The position numbers were made by a program, and so were the translations under genes. From contig JAOAJN010000003.1 in assembly GCA_026414165.1 (NCBI GenBank), forward strand, positions 579-64,578: a stretch of DNA of 64,000 nt, in the 5' to 3' direction. The notes beneath the pieces are model-generated. The model searched no databases, had not been told where the DNA came from, and was given only the letters and a program-made list of their open reading frames with translations. This DNA is from Candidatus Methanomethylicaceae archaeon (GTDB taxonomy: Archaea; Thermoproteota; Methanomethylicia; Methanomethylicales; Methanomethylicaceae). Shown piece after piece: positions 10,956-20,674 of this stretch. Numbering within the stretch: the stretch's first letter is position 1; the number at the start of each line of letters is the position of its first letter.

Positions 10956-11885
10956 TCACTCTTCATTTACCTGTGATCTGTTTATTAGATCTGATGTACG
11001 CAAATTTTGTTTTGTCCCCGAAGATTCTGCACCATATAGCTCCCTCCTTCTCGCCTCCAGTAACTCGACCTCCTTTCCCATGTACTCGGCTGCGGTGCAG
11101 ATCTTTGCGTCTGGATGTTTATCTTCTAAATTCTTTATATATTGATAATAATTCGTGTCTCTTAGGAAGTGGTGATCTACGACCAATTCTTCAACACCCC
11201 CCTCCACGAGCCTGCCAAGGTTTCTCATTGAGGACTCCAGGTTCTCGTATGAGTAGCGGTAGCCTAGCATGTAGATCATAGGACCGTCTGCTATTACTAA
11301 GCGTGGTTTTTTATTCAGTAAAAACTCCATCTGATCATTAGAGATAGGACCTTGAACGTCAGATGTGTGAATGATCCTATCACCGTCCGCCTCCACCATG
11401 ACCTCAACGACATATCCCAGCAGGCTACTCGAGCCATGAAAGACCGCCTTGGAGAATTCTATCTTTGTCTTTCCGATTTGGAAGGACTTAGCATCCGCAA
11501 CCTCTACCCTCTGGGCTTTTTCTTTTATTATGCCTAGGAAAAGGGGAGCCCTGAAGTCGCATTGGCTTCGGTTGATGTTGTTCTTTGGATCCTTGATGAG
11601 GACAAACTTTTTGTCGTATATCTCCAGGGGGATTATATCCCCAAGATCGTGGTGGTCGTAGTGGTAGTGTGTTATAATTATCACATCAGATATCATTGCT
11701 TTCTCAGTGATGGCCCTTGCGAACTCCTCTAGCCGCTCAAGCTCCAGTCTGTGGGGCGGTAGCCCAAATCTCCTAGGTGCGAGCGAAACGCCTGGGTCGA
11801 TCATCACCCTTAGATCTCCGGTATCAATAAATGTGCACATGGATCTAACGCCCATGCTGTCGAATGCGAGTAGTTCTACATCCAA
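10956..11885 (-). CDS. Metallo-beta-lactamase fold hydrolase (UPF0282-like)
   Basis: DSMGVRSM, THYHYDHH, SDVQGP, DHHFLRD. Confidence 0.85.
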   Translation of the reverse strand: MDVELLAFDSMGVRSMCTFIDTGDLRVMIDPGVSLAPRRFGLPPHRLELERLEEFARAITEKAMISDVIIITHYHYDHHDLGDIIPLEIYDKKFVLIKDPKNNINRSQCDFRAPLFLGIIKEKAQRVEVADAKSFQIGKTKIEFSKAVFHGSSSLLGYVVEVMVEADGDRIIHTSDVQGPISNDQMEFLLNKKPRLVIADGPMIYMLGYRYSYENLESSMRNLGRLVEGGVEELVVDHHFLRDTNYYQYIKNLEDKHPDAKICTAAEYMGKEVELLEARRRELYGAESSGTKQNLRTSDLINRSQVNEE

Positions 11886-11989
11886 AGTGCTTACCCCTCT
11901 ACACTATTCGATCATACACAATAAAAAATTTTAGAACATACATGGAGTTCCAAATAAAATAAATACCGATCGATGAATAGGAATGATCG

Positions 11990-13288
11990 ATGAGAGATCG
12001 TTATACCTCGATGCTTCCAGAGTCCATAAAGGTAAGAGTGGCATCTAAGGCAGCGTCACTCTGCCTGCTTTGCAGGGGCGGGCGCCGCCTCTGTGGCAAG
12101 GCAGTTTGTCCCATAGATCTTAAGGCTAGGGCATTTGTCAAAAACATTAATGTCGTCGATAAGAAAGAATTCGTAGGGTCTTCTCCGCCGTCCGTATTCG
12201 TAGGTCGCTTCGGGTACCCGAAGGTGTTTGTCGGTCCCATGGTCCCCCCAATGTTGGGAGATACGGAGATCATGGACTTCCCAGAAAGATGGATTGGGGA
12301 GAGAGTTGAGGACATCGTCAGTTACAGATACGCTCTGATAAGGGGGAAGTTCTTAGTTCCCATCGAGTCCGCCAGAACTGGAGGGAGGTTGATCGAGACC
12401 CTCCAAGAGCTCGCGATGGGCGTATCTGCTGCAGACACTGAAGTGCAGTTCCTAAAGGTACCGTTCGGCTCACTCATAATAGATGACAACTCGCAGCCCT
12501 TTGGACCTTCCGCCCCATTAAAGCACTTTGAGGTCTCATCTGTGAAGGTGGATCACAGGATAGAGAAGGTGTATTACGACGGAGATTTAAGGGCAGGGGA
12601 CGCCGTCATGGATCTCTATGCAAAGGGCGCGCCCGTCTCAAAGATACAAAGGGCATTCAGTATGGGCATCTTTGGAACTCGTAGAAATAGGAGGCTTGTA
12701 CCAACGCGTTGGTCCATAACGGCCGTGGATAGTGTCATATCTCAAAGGCTCATTGAAGAAGTAAAGAGCTATGAAACTGTAGACAAATATCTAGTCTTCA
12801 TTCATTCTTACATGCACAACAACTTTGTTGCAATCTTCCTCCCCAGGAAGTGGGCTTTTGAGTGGATGGAGGCATGGTTCCCAGGAACCTTCTGGAATCC
12901 GTCCTCATCATCGCCTTCTGTAATCGGAGACTATGAAAGTTACTGGGGAAGGACCAATTATCCCGAGATTGGCGGGTGCTATTTTGCAACAAGACTTGCG
13001 GTGACAGAGTTCTTAAGGAGAATAAAAAGGCAGGCAACGGTACTGGTAATGAGGGAGATAATGCCCGAATTTCCTCTTCCGCTAGGCGTATGGTTCGTGA
13101 GGGAGAATGTCAGGTCGATGTTAAGATACAAGCCAGCAGTCTTTGAAGACCTCAGATCCGCACTTCTATACGTCAAGAAATTCATGAGGGTGCCAATTAT
13201 GAGGTGGGCGGAGAGAAGTGTCATTCTTAAGGACTCAATGCTTCAGAGACGGATTGACGAGTACATCAGAAGGGTAGATCTGCTTTGA
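11990..13288 (+). CDS. nreA: Nre-family archaeal DNA repair protein
   Basis: N-terminal CxxCRG..LCG..CP, GSSPPSVFVG, LVPTRWSITAVD, C-terminal PIP-like QRRIDEY. Confidence 0.85.
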   Translation: MRDRYTSMLPESIKVRVASKAASLCLLCRGGRRLCGKAVCPIDLKARAFVKNINVVDKKEFVGSSPPSVFVGRFGYPKVFVGPMVPPMLGDTEIMDFPERWIGERVEDIVSYRYALIRGKFLVPIESARTGGRLIETLQELAMGVSAADTEVQFLKVPFGSLIIDDNSQPFGPSAPLKHFEVSSVKVDHRIEKVYYDGDLRAGDAVMDLYAKGAPVSKIQRAFSMGIFGTRRNRRLVPTRWSITAVDSVISQRLIEEVKSYETVDKYLVFIHSYMHNNFVAIFLPRKWAFEWMEAWFPGTFWNPSSSSPSVIGDYESYWGRTNYPEIGGCYFATRLAVTEFLRRIKRQATVLVMREIMPEFPLPLGVWFVRENVRSMLRYKPAVFEDLRSALLYVKKFMRVPIMRWAERSVILKDSMLQRRIDEYIRRVDLL

Positions 13289-14070
13289 TAAGATCAAGGC
13301 CCTGCAAGACGGCACTTTCGAAGAGCACACTCCCGGGCTTGGCGTACTCCTTCAATCCATACTGGGGGTGTATGCATGGTTGCCTTTACTGCTATGTTCC
13401 AGACGTGATGAGAAATGTTATGCCTGACCTAAAATGGGGGCAGGAAGTCTTCGTTAAGGAAAAAGTGCTCGAAATATTGAGGTTGGAGGTTAAGAAGAAG
13501 ATCCCAAGAGTTGTTGGCGTGAGCACGGCTACAGATCCCTACCAGCCCATTGAGAGGGAGCTAGAAATAACTAGGAAGGCGCTAATAATTCTGAGCGGTG
13601 CGGGCTTTCCTGTATCCATACAGACTAAGTCGCCCCTAGTAACTAGGGACGTTGACTTGATGATGAATAAAAAATTTGATGTCGGGTTCACAATAACCTC
13701 AACTGAGAGAGAGTTCCAAAGAAAGTTTGAGCCAGGGGCTCCGCCTCCAGAAGAGAGAATTTCAGCTCTAGAGGCGATCTCCTCGCTTGGAATCAAAACG
13801 TGGATATTTTATGGACCTATCATACCAGGTTATAACGATTCTTATGAAGAAATGGAGCGAATCGTCCAGCTTGGAGCGAAAACAAAGAGCAAGATAATAT
13901 ACGACCGCCTAAACATAAAACCCATGGTCCTCAAGCGATTAAAGATTGTTATCAAGGAGGAGGAACTCAGCAATAGAGATAGAGACATATATTCTTTGCG
14001 AGAGCAGTTCGCCCGATTGGAGGCACTATGCAGGCAGCATGGTGTGCGTTGCGAGTTCGCATTTCCTTGA
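13285..14070 (+). CDS. SplB-like radical SAM protein
   Basis: NPYWGCMHGCLYCY, TDPYQPIE, QTKS; TTGA overlap with nre stop. Confidence 0.85.
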   Translation: MIRSRPCKTALSKSTLPGLAYSFNPYWGCMHGCLYCYVPDVMRNVMPDLKWGQEVFVKEKVLEILRLEVKKKIPRVVGVSTATDPYQPIERELEITRKALIILSGAGFPVSIQTKSPLVTRDVDLMMNKKFDVGFTITSTEREFQRKFEPGAPPPEERISALEAISSLGIKTWIFYGPIIPGYNDSYEEMERIVQLGAKTKSKIIYDRLNIKPMVLKRLKIVIKEEELSNRDRDIYSLREQFARLEALCRQHGVRCEFAFP

Positions 14071-14141
14071 TAAGACTTTTTCAGTGCATGAATCGATCCT
14101 AACACTTAAGGACAAAGCCGTTCGACTTTAATATAAAGAAA

Positions 14142-14179
14142 AAAAGGGAAAAGAGAATAGAAAAGGGAAAATAGAATAG
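14142..14179 (+). repeat. 19-bp tandem duplication, purine-rich
   Basis: aaaagggaaaagagaatag followed by aaaagggaaaatagaatag (1 mismatch). Confidence 0.7.
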
Positions 14180-14215
14180 TCTGAATAACTCTGGCATCAA
14201 TGGTAGGTGGCTTGA

Positions 14216-14755
14216 ATGGATGCCTTTGAGGCTATCACGAAAAGGAGATCAGTAAGGTCATACTTGCCAGATCCAATCCCTAAGAGTGTAATGGAGCGGA
14301 TTTTGGAGGCGGGGAGGCTTGCTCCCTCGGCCATGAACTTGCAACCTTGGCATTTTATTGTGGTCACCGACAAAGAAAAGCGGAGAGCTCTCTCCTCGGG
14401 GAGGTTTGCAAAATTTCTTTCGGAAGCTCCAGTCGTAATAGTGGGATGTGGAAACGAGAAGCTCTCACCCAGATGGTACGCCATAGATACTGCTATCGCG
14501 CTTCAGAATATGGTGATCGCAGCAACAAGTGAAGGTTTGGGATCTTGTTGGATAGGAAGCTTCGATGAAATTGAAGTGAAAGAACTATTAAAGATCCCAG
14601 AAGGGCACCGCGTAATAGCGATGTTGGCTCTAGGGTATCCTCGCGAAGGTACAGACATGATTAGAAAGATAGTTAATGTGGTGAGACCGAAAAAGAGGCT
14701 GAACGAGATAGCCAGCGCAGAAGAGTTCGGCGTGCCCTTCAATAAGAGCGGATGA
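14216..14755 (+). CDS. Nitroreductase family protein
   Basis: RRSVRSY, APSAMNLQPW, GLGSCWIG. Confidence 0.9.
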   Translation: MDAFEAITKRRSVRSYLPDPIPKSVMERILEAGRLAPSAMNLQPWHFIVVTDKEKRRALSSGRFAKFLSEAPVVIVGCGNEKLSPRWYAIDTAIALQNMVIAATSEGLGSCWIGSFDEIEVKELLKIPEGHRVIAMLALGYPREGTDMIRKIVNVVRPKKRLNEIASAEEFGVPFNKSG

Positions 14756-14801
14756 TCCAACTCAGCAACCTTAAAAGCTTGATTAAGTGCTAAATCATGG
14801 T

Positions 14802-16214
14802 ATGCAAGGACGCCCCACATACCGCCTCCAAAGAGAAGTCAAAATTGTAGCGCTCTTGACCACCACCGCTGCATCTTTTCTGACGCCCTTTATCTCCTCA
14901 GCGACCAACATAGCACTGCCGAATATTGGGCTTGAGCTTGGTCTAGACACCGTCATGCTTGGATGGGTCCAAACCTCCTTTCTGCTCACCACAGCCATCT
15001 TCCTTCTTCCATTTGGAAAGGCGGCGGATATTGTAGGTAGAAAGAAGGTCTTTCTTGTAGGGTTGGTAGTTTATACAGCGTCCTCATTCTTGGGGTCTAT
15101 CGCGAATTCTGCATCGGTACTGATCATATCTAGGATCTTTCAAGGTATAGGGGGGGCCATGCTTGCTGCGACCTCCGTCGCCATATTGAGTTCCGTTTTC
15201 CCACCTCAGGATAGGGGAAAGGTCTTGGGAATAAATGTTGCTTCGGTCTACACCTCTATAGCCTTGGGTCCATTTCTCGGAGGGATCTTGACCCAGTATT
15301 TTGGATGGAGGAGCATATTTTACACGAACGTTTTTGTAGGGCTTCTTACATTATTACTAGCGCTATGTCTGAGGCAGGAGTGGAAGGGCACTCCAGGCGA
15401 ACGTTTTGACATAATTGGATCTTTACTTTATGGAACCTCGCTGGCAGCAATCATGTGGGGAATGCTTTCAATCTCATCCTACGGCGGCTGGGTTTCCAGT
15501 CCGTCATTTCATGCTCTTTTAATAGGAACCTTCATTATGGCATGTCTAGTGGTCTGGGAGGGGAGAATTAAATATCCAGTACTAAACACTAGACTTTTTA
15601 TAAGTAACTTGAATTTCTCGCTGTCCAACATATCTGCCCTCATAAATTATGCGGCGACCTATGCACTCTCATATCTCCTCAGCCTCTACCTTCAGGTTGT
15701 AAAGGGTCTCAGCCCTCAAGTAGCTGGAACAATTTTGGTTGCACAGCCTATTGTACAGGCCTTGCTCTCACCAGTCGCAGGGTGGCTGTCGGATAGGATT
15801 GAGCCGGGCAAGGTCGCTTCCGTGGGAATTGCTCTGAACGCTATTGGTCTATTTGCCCTCTCCACTATAAACGGAGAGACAGAAATAGTATCTATAGTCG
15901 CTATGCTCATTTTGATGGGCGTTGGCTTTGCTTTGTTTAGTTCCCCAAATACAAACGCAATAATGTCTTCTGTTGAGAGAGAACTCTTCGGGGTAGCCTC
16001 CGCCACGCTCTCAACGATGAGAACTTTAGGGCAAACCTTTAGCATAGCAGCGGCTACACTTGTACTTTCGATCTTTGTAGGATCAGAGATCCTAAAGCCC
16101 ACCAATTTGGTCGATTTTATTTCAGGAATACATTTCGCATTTCTGATGTTTGGAGTGCTTTGTATCGTAGGGATTTTCACTTCTTTGTGTAGGGGCAGAA
16201 AGAAGATGATTTAG
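14802..16214 (+). CDS. MFS drug:H+ antiporter (14-TM DHA2/EmrB-like)
   Basis: NIALP, GKAADIVGRKK, RIFQGIGGA, FSSPNT. Confidence 0.9.
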   Translation: MQGRPTYRLQREVKIVALLTTTAASFLTPFISSATNIALPNIGLELGLDTVMLGWVQTSFLLTTAIFLLPFGKAADIVGRKKVFLVGLVVYTASSFLGSIANSASVLIISRIFQGIGGAMLAATSVAILSSVFPPQDRGKVLGINVASVYTSIALGPFLGGILTQYFGWRSIFYTNVFVGLLTLLLALCLRQEWKGTPGERFDIIGSLLYGTSLAAIMWGMLSISSYGGWVSSPSFHALLIGTFIMACLVVWEGRIKYPVLNTRLFISNLNFSLSNISALINYAATYALSYLLSLYLQVVKGLSPQVAGTILVAQPIVQALLSPVAGWLSDRIEPGKVASVGIALNAIGLFALSTINGETEIVSIVAMLILMGVGFALFSSPNTNAIMSSVERELFGVASATLSTMRTLGQTFSIAAATLVLSIFVGSEILKPTNLVDFISGIHFAFLMFGVLCIVGIFTSLCRGRKKMI

Positions 16215-16367
16215 AAACAAAAAGAGAGAAAGGAAAAAGCAACATTTAGAGTTTGGGCATAGAACTTGAAACTCGTAAACATGAATACTACATGCAACTA
16301 AAACTATAAAAATGGGCGCCTTATCCTGCAGATCTCGCTCTGGAGGATGGATGCGGGGTGGTCTGGC

Positions 16368-17504
16368 ATGAATCCTTTACTCTTTCGATTCTATATCGGG
16401 GTATTCTCCATATCTTTAGGCTTTGGTATAATGACCCCCGCCGTACCTCTATTTGCAACCCTAAAGTTTTCGGCTAATGAGTGGGAACTTGGCATCATAG
16501 GAACTCTAGTGGCCCTGCCATATTTTTTCGCACCTTTTCTATTTGGAAAGATGTCCGACAGGGTCGGGCGACGCCCACTTATATTGTCTGGGATACTGGT
16601 CTACTTTTTTACATCGTTTATGTATGTCATTTCCACAAGCATACATCAAATCGCCATACTTAGAATTTTTGAGGGCATATCCTTTTCCATGATCTGGCCA
16701 TCTACAGAGGCTTTTGTTGGGGATTTCGCGAAACATTTATCGCGAAACAGAGCCATTGGGCTGTACAGCGTTGCATGGAGCTCCGGTTATATGCTCGGAT
16801 CCATGACAATGGGGCTAATGGTCTATTTTATCGACCTCACACATCTGTTTTTTGTGGTTGGCTTTATTATGTTAGTAGGCATCTGTGCCTTCTTTTCTTT
16901 AAATATTAAAAACTCAGATCTTGAAGAGATTTCAACCGATAAACCCTCGAGATCGCTAGTGATCTCAGTCTCTTACGTAATGTTAATTTGGGGCGTCTCA
17001 GTACTTTCCTTCTTCTCCCTATTCCCCTCATATGCCACAAAGAAAGGCGTCTCTCCCTCTATGATAGGATACTTAATCGGCATTGTTGGACTCGTTAGGA
17101 CGCTAGTATTCTTTTTCTTCTCTAGGATAATGGCAATTATGGGGAGTGCGACGATGCCGATCGGTATGGCTCTGCTAAGCTTGTCGATGTTGATCTTATG
17201 GTTGGCTCCTTCAGAGATCGGTCTTTTGGCGTCTGTTTCTCTTCTAGGCTTATCGCTTGGACTTCTTTATGCCTATTCGCTCTTATTGATGCTTTCCCTT
17301 CCATCGAGAGGGCGGTATGCAGGTATTTTCGAGTCATCAATTGGTTTGGGAGAACTTGTAGGACCCATAATAATGGGTTATATGGGCTTTGTGATATCGC
17401 CATCATTCCCGTATATTTGCCTCTCTATATTGGGATTGATTTCTTCCATCGTATCTTTTTTACTTATCACATGTGGACAGAAAAAGCTCTTTGAGGTCTC
17501 TTAG
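16368..17504 (+). CDS. MFS transporter (12-TM)
   Basis: GKMSDRVGRR motif A, RIFEG. Confidence 0.85.
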   Translation: MNPLLFRFYIGVFSISLGFGIMTPAVPLFATLKFSANEWELGIIGTLVALPYFFAPFLFGKMSDRVGRRPLILSGILVYFFTSFMYVISTSIHQIAILRIFEGISFSMIWPSTEAFVGDFAKHLSRNRAIGLYSVAWSSGYMLGSMTMGLMVYFIDLTHLFFVVGFIMLVGICAFFSLNIKNSDLEEISTDKPSRSLVISVSYVMLIWGVSVLSFFSLFPSYATKKGVSPSMIGYLIGIVGLVRTLVFFFFSRIMAIMGSATMPIGMALLSLSMLILWLAPSEIGLLASVSLLGLSLGLLYAYSLLLMLSLPSRGRYAGIFESSIGLGELVGPIIMGYMGFVISPSFPYICLSILGLISSIVSFLLITCGQKKLFEVS

Positions 17505-17771
17505 CCTCAGCCCTTCCAGCGAGCTTACCCTTCTGATCTCTTTCCCATCTTTATACAGGACCGCGGTTGGAACAATATCAACATTAAATTCGTCCCAGCA
17601 ATTCTCATTGGAGATGTCCACCAATATTAGGCGCAGGCTATGGCTTGATTGATCGAGTTCTCGAATAAGATTTCTACAATATCCGCACCAGCTAGCAGTA
17701 AAGACCGCTATGAATTTGTCCCTTTCGTTCTTGAGGAGACTCTTAAAGGAGTCGCAGTCGACAATATCCAT
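17460..17771 (-). CDS. Thioredoxin family protein
   Basis: WCGYC active site, cis-Pro IVPT; ATG at 17771. Confidence 0.85.
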   Translation of the reverse strand: MDIVDCDSFKSLLKNERDKFIAVFTASWCGYCRNLIRELDQSSHSLRLILVDISNENCWDEFNVDIVPTAVLYKDGKEIRRVSSLEGLRLRDLKELFLSTCDK

Positions 17772-17839
17772 TGTTTTCACTGCCCTAAATGTCGTTTTCA
17801 ATCTTCGAAAATTTTTAGGAAGTGTTCCGTTATTAAGGA

Positions 17840-19117
17840 TTACTCGTAAATATCTAGGCTGACTGCGCAGGAGAGGCAAGGATCATAGGACCTTACCATA
17901 TCCTCAAGTATGAACCTTAGCTTTTGACTGCCCAAAGGTTTGAACCTCTTTACTAGCTCTATGGCATCGTTCTCTATGCTCTTTGAGTTTATGGCGGTTG
18001 GAGTGTAGACTCGGTAGTCCTTTATCTTCCAATCTTCGATCTCACAGTAATGGCAGAGTGTTCCGCGGGGTGCTTCTGCTACAAATAGTCCTACACCTTT
18101 ATCTCTGTGCGCCTTAATGTCCTCGGTTTTTAGATTTTCTGGTGGGATCTCTGCCAGTTCTCCTCCAAGCCTGATGAGCTCATCCAAATAATGCAGAACC
18201 TCAATAGCTTGAGCCTTTATGTTTAAAAATGGATTCGGACCCCATTCAATCTCTTCAGCCAACTCCCTAGCCCTGCTACTAAGGTATCTCTTGTTCAACA
18301 TTATCCTAGAGAGAGCCCCAACAGTGATCTCCGATTCTTTGAAATAAACATGCTTAGATGTGGAATAATCCTTTGTTACCTCCTCCAGACCTTCATAGTA
18401 TTCTGATGATGAGAGCACCGAACCGTCTGAGAGTGCAACGTTCGCCTCCTCTGCATAGATAGGGTATGATCCCGACCTCTTTAGAGCCACCAACAGTCGA
18501 TACCTCTCCATTTCAGGGAGTTCCAACTTTAGTGTGTATTTCACTAGGCGCTCGGCATCGTCTGAGAGGGCTGCGAGTTGATGTATTGGATGAAGCAGCT
18601 CCTTACACTTTATTGCTTTGCCAAAACCTCCAACAATGACGTTAGGGACGTGAACAGATCTCCCGCCCCAAACCTCTATGAGTTCTGTTGCCTTGCTAAG
18701 TATATTGGCACCCATACGAACAATATTAAGGTCTCTCATTCTGAGGGCGCTGATCAAGCCCTCGACAGGAGGGATAGAAAGGAACAGCAGGTGGATGAGA
18801 TGGCTCCTCAGGTTGTTTGCCATATAAAGCACATCCCTGAGTTTTCTTACATCTTCAGAGATCTTCATATCAAGCGCCCTTTCTACAGCCTCTGCTGAGC
18901 TTATTGAGTGAACAGTATAACACAACCCGCAGATCCTGGACGCGACCCTTGGAGCCAGATCGACAGGCTTCCCCTTTAGATATTTTGTTAGAAATCTGGG
19001 ACCTTCTAAATTATGGAACTCCGCCCTTAGTTTTCCGCCGTAGCTCTTAACAATTAACTGTCCATGACCCTCTATAAAGCGGAGGTCTCCGGTATCGATT
19101 ATGATGCTGTCGCTCAT
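17840..19117 (-). CDS. hydA: Group 3b NiFe hydrogenase large (alpha) subunit
   Basis: IEGHG, L1 RICGLC, EAPRG, L2 DPCLSC; last gene of beta-gamma-delta-alpha operon. Confidence 0.88.
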   Translation of the reverse strand: MSDSIIIDTGDLRFIEGHGQLIVKSYGGKLRAEFHNLEGPRFLTKYLKGKPVDLAPRVASRICGLCYTVHSISSAEAVERALDMKISEDVRKLRDVLYMANNLRSHLIHLLFLSIPPVEGLISALRMRDLNIVRMGANILSKATELIEVWGGRSVHVPNVIVGGFGKAIKCKELLHPIHQLAALSDDAERLVKYTLKLELPEMERYRLLVALKRSGSYPIYAEEANVALSDGSVLSSSEYYEGLEEVTKDYSTSKHVYFKESEITVGALSRIMLNKRYLSSRARELAEEIEWGPNPFLNIKAQAIEVLHYLDELIRLGGELAEIPPENLKTEDIKAHRDKGVGLFVAEAPRGTLCHYCEIEDWKIKDYRVYTPTAINSKSIENDAIELVKRFKPLGSQKLRFILEDMVRSYDPCLSCAVSLDIYE

Positions 19118-19851
19118 TCTTTGAGAACCTCCTTTATCTTCTTACCCATGAACATGTAAAGCAGCGGTTTAGCATCCTCGACTTTCAGTCCCTTCTTCTC
19201 CAGCGTCTTGAAGTACGCTTCTAGGTCAGCCTCGATATACGGTCCCCTACAGCCGAAGCAGGGCGATCCGACCGAGGTACAGGCAGCATCGCATCCTCCC
19301 ATTGCAATAGGTCCAAGACAGAGTTGCCCCTTATCTAGGAGACATGCGTTACCTGACAATTTGCACTCATAGCAGACACTAAAGTCAGGCTGAATTGGTT
19401 CAAGCCCGTTGACGAGCCTAAGAAGTGCATCTATGAACTCGTCAGCATTTACAGGGCAACCATTGAGTTCAAAATCTACTGCAATTACGGAAGAGAGCGG
19501 CTCAGCCTCGCGAACTTCCAATACTGAAAGGGCCTTCTTGCCAAGCTTTACATTCCTTGAGGCCGTGTAGGCTATATTTCCACTGGATGCACAAGTACCT
19601 ATAGCCACAACAAATCTCGAGTTCTTCCTAATCTCCTGCAGATGTTCCCTGTCTAGGTTTGTGACGACTGCTCCCTCCACAAATGCTATGTCCGCCTTCG
19701 GAAACCTGCTACCCCCTACTGGCTCCCTCACTAGCTTGAAGTAATCTATATCGAAATTGTTCCAAAGACCCTCTATATCAGGCCCTAGCTTGGTTATTAG
19801 AGTGGTAAGGCACCCTTCACATGAGGTTAAAGAATAAAATGCAAGCTTCAT
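19114..19851 (-). CDS. hydD: Group 3b hydrogenase small (delta) subunit
   Basis: SCEGC, VEGAV, GTCA, GCP, CYEC, CLGP, CFGCRG. Confidence 0.88.
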   Translation of the reverse strand: MKLAFYSLTSCEGCLTTLITKLGPDIEGLWNNFDIDYFKLVREPVGGSRFPKADIAFVEGAVVTNLDREHLQEIRKNSRFVVAIGTCASSGNIAYTASRNVKLGKKALSVLEVREAEPLSSVIAVDFELNGCPVNADEFIDALLRLVNGLEPIQPDFSVCYECKLSGNACLLDKGQLCLGPIAMGGCDAACTSVGSPCFGCRGPYIEADLEAYFKTLEKKGLKVEDAKPLLYMFMGKKIKEVLKE

Positions 19852-19852
19852 T

Positions 19853-20674
19853 TCACTCGCTGACCTCCTCCAAGTTTATCTCACTAGCGCTGAAGACAGG
19901 TCCGTCCTTGCAGACCATAAATCCGCCAGGAATCATGCATCTAGCACATTTGCCTATACCACACTTCATGTGTCGCTCCATTGATAGGTAAACATCCTTA
20001 CACTCAAGCCCTTTATCAATCAGAGTCTTCGCCACGCTGATCATAACAGCTGGCGAACCGCAGATTACCGCCAGCGAGTTCTTCCCGAGATTGATCGCGT
20101 CAAGATGGTCAGTAACCCTACCTTTAAGCCCCTTCCATTTTTCTGAGGGTTTGCTGAGGGTCACCATGACCTTTATCTTCTCAGCCCAGTTCTTCAACTC
20201 TTCCCTGTAAACTAAGTCTTCGACAAATCTTGCGCCATAAAGTAGCGCAATATCTCCAAAATCAGTTCTGTTCTCTATTGTGTAAAGTATCAGGGAGCGG
20301 AGCGCTGCTATTCCGATCCCTGTAGCAACCATAATTAAGTCTTTTCCCTTAAAGTGATCGACCGGAAAGGACCTACCGAAGGGACCTCTTATACCTACCG
20401 CGTCGCCAGGCCTTATGTAGTGGGCAGCGGTGGTGACCAACCCTCTCCTCATTATTGTTAATTCTAAATGCCTGGGATCGCTTGGTGAAGATGCTATGCA
20501 GAAGGGCGCCTCTCCAACACCAGGAAGCAATAACTGAACGAATTGTCCTGGTAAAAAATTCGCCCTCCAGTTGATAAGCGAAAGCCTGAGGGTTTTAGTC
20601 TCAAGACTCTCCTCCCTGACTGCATTGACGCTCGCAGGTTTTGGAAGATATGGGTTGTATTCCATAGACATCAT
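19853..20674 (-). CDS. hydG: Sulfhydrogenase gamma subunit (FAD/NAD(P)-binding, 2Fe-2S)
   Basis: PGQF, RGPFG, ERHMKCGIGKC..C, CKDGPVF. Confidence 0.88.
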   Translation of the reverse strand: MMSMEYNPYLPKPASVNAVREESLETKTLRLSLINWRANFLPGQFVQLLLPGVGEAPFCIASSPSDPRHLELTIMRRGLVTTAAHYIRPGDAVGIRGPFGRSFPVDHFKGKDLIMVATGIGIAALRSLILYTIENRTDFGDIALLYGARFVEDLVYREELKNWAEKIKVMVTLSKPSEKWKGLKGRVTDHLDAINLGKNSLAVICGSPAVMISVAKTLIDKGLECKDVYLSMERHMKCGIGKCARCMIPGGFMVCKDGPVFSASEINLEEVSE

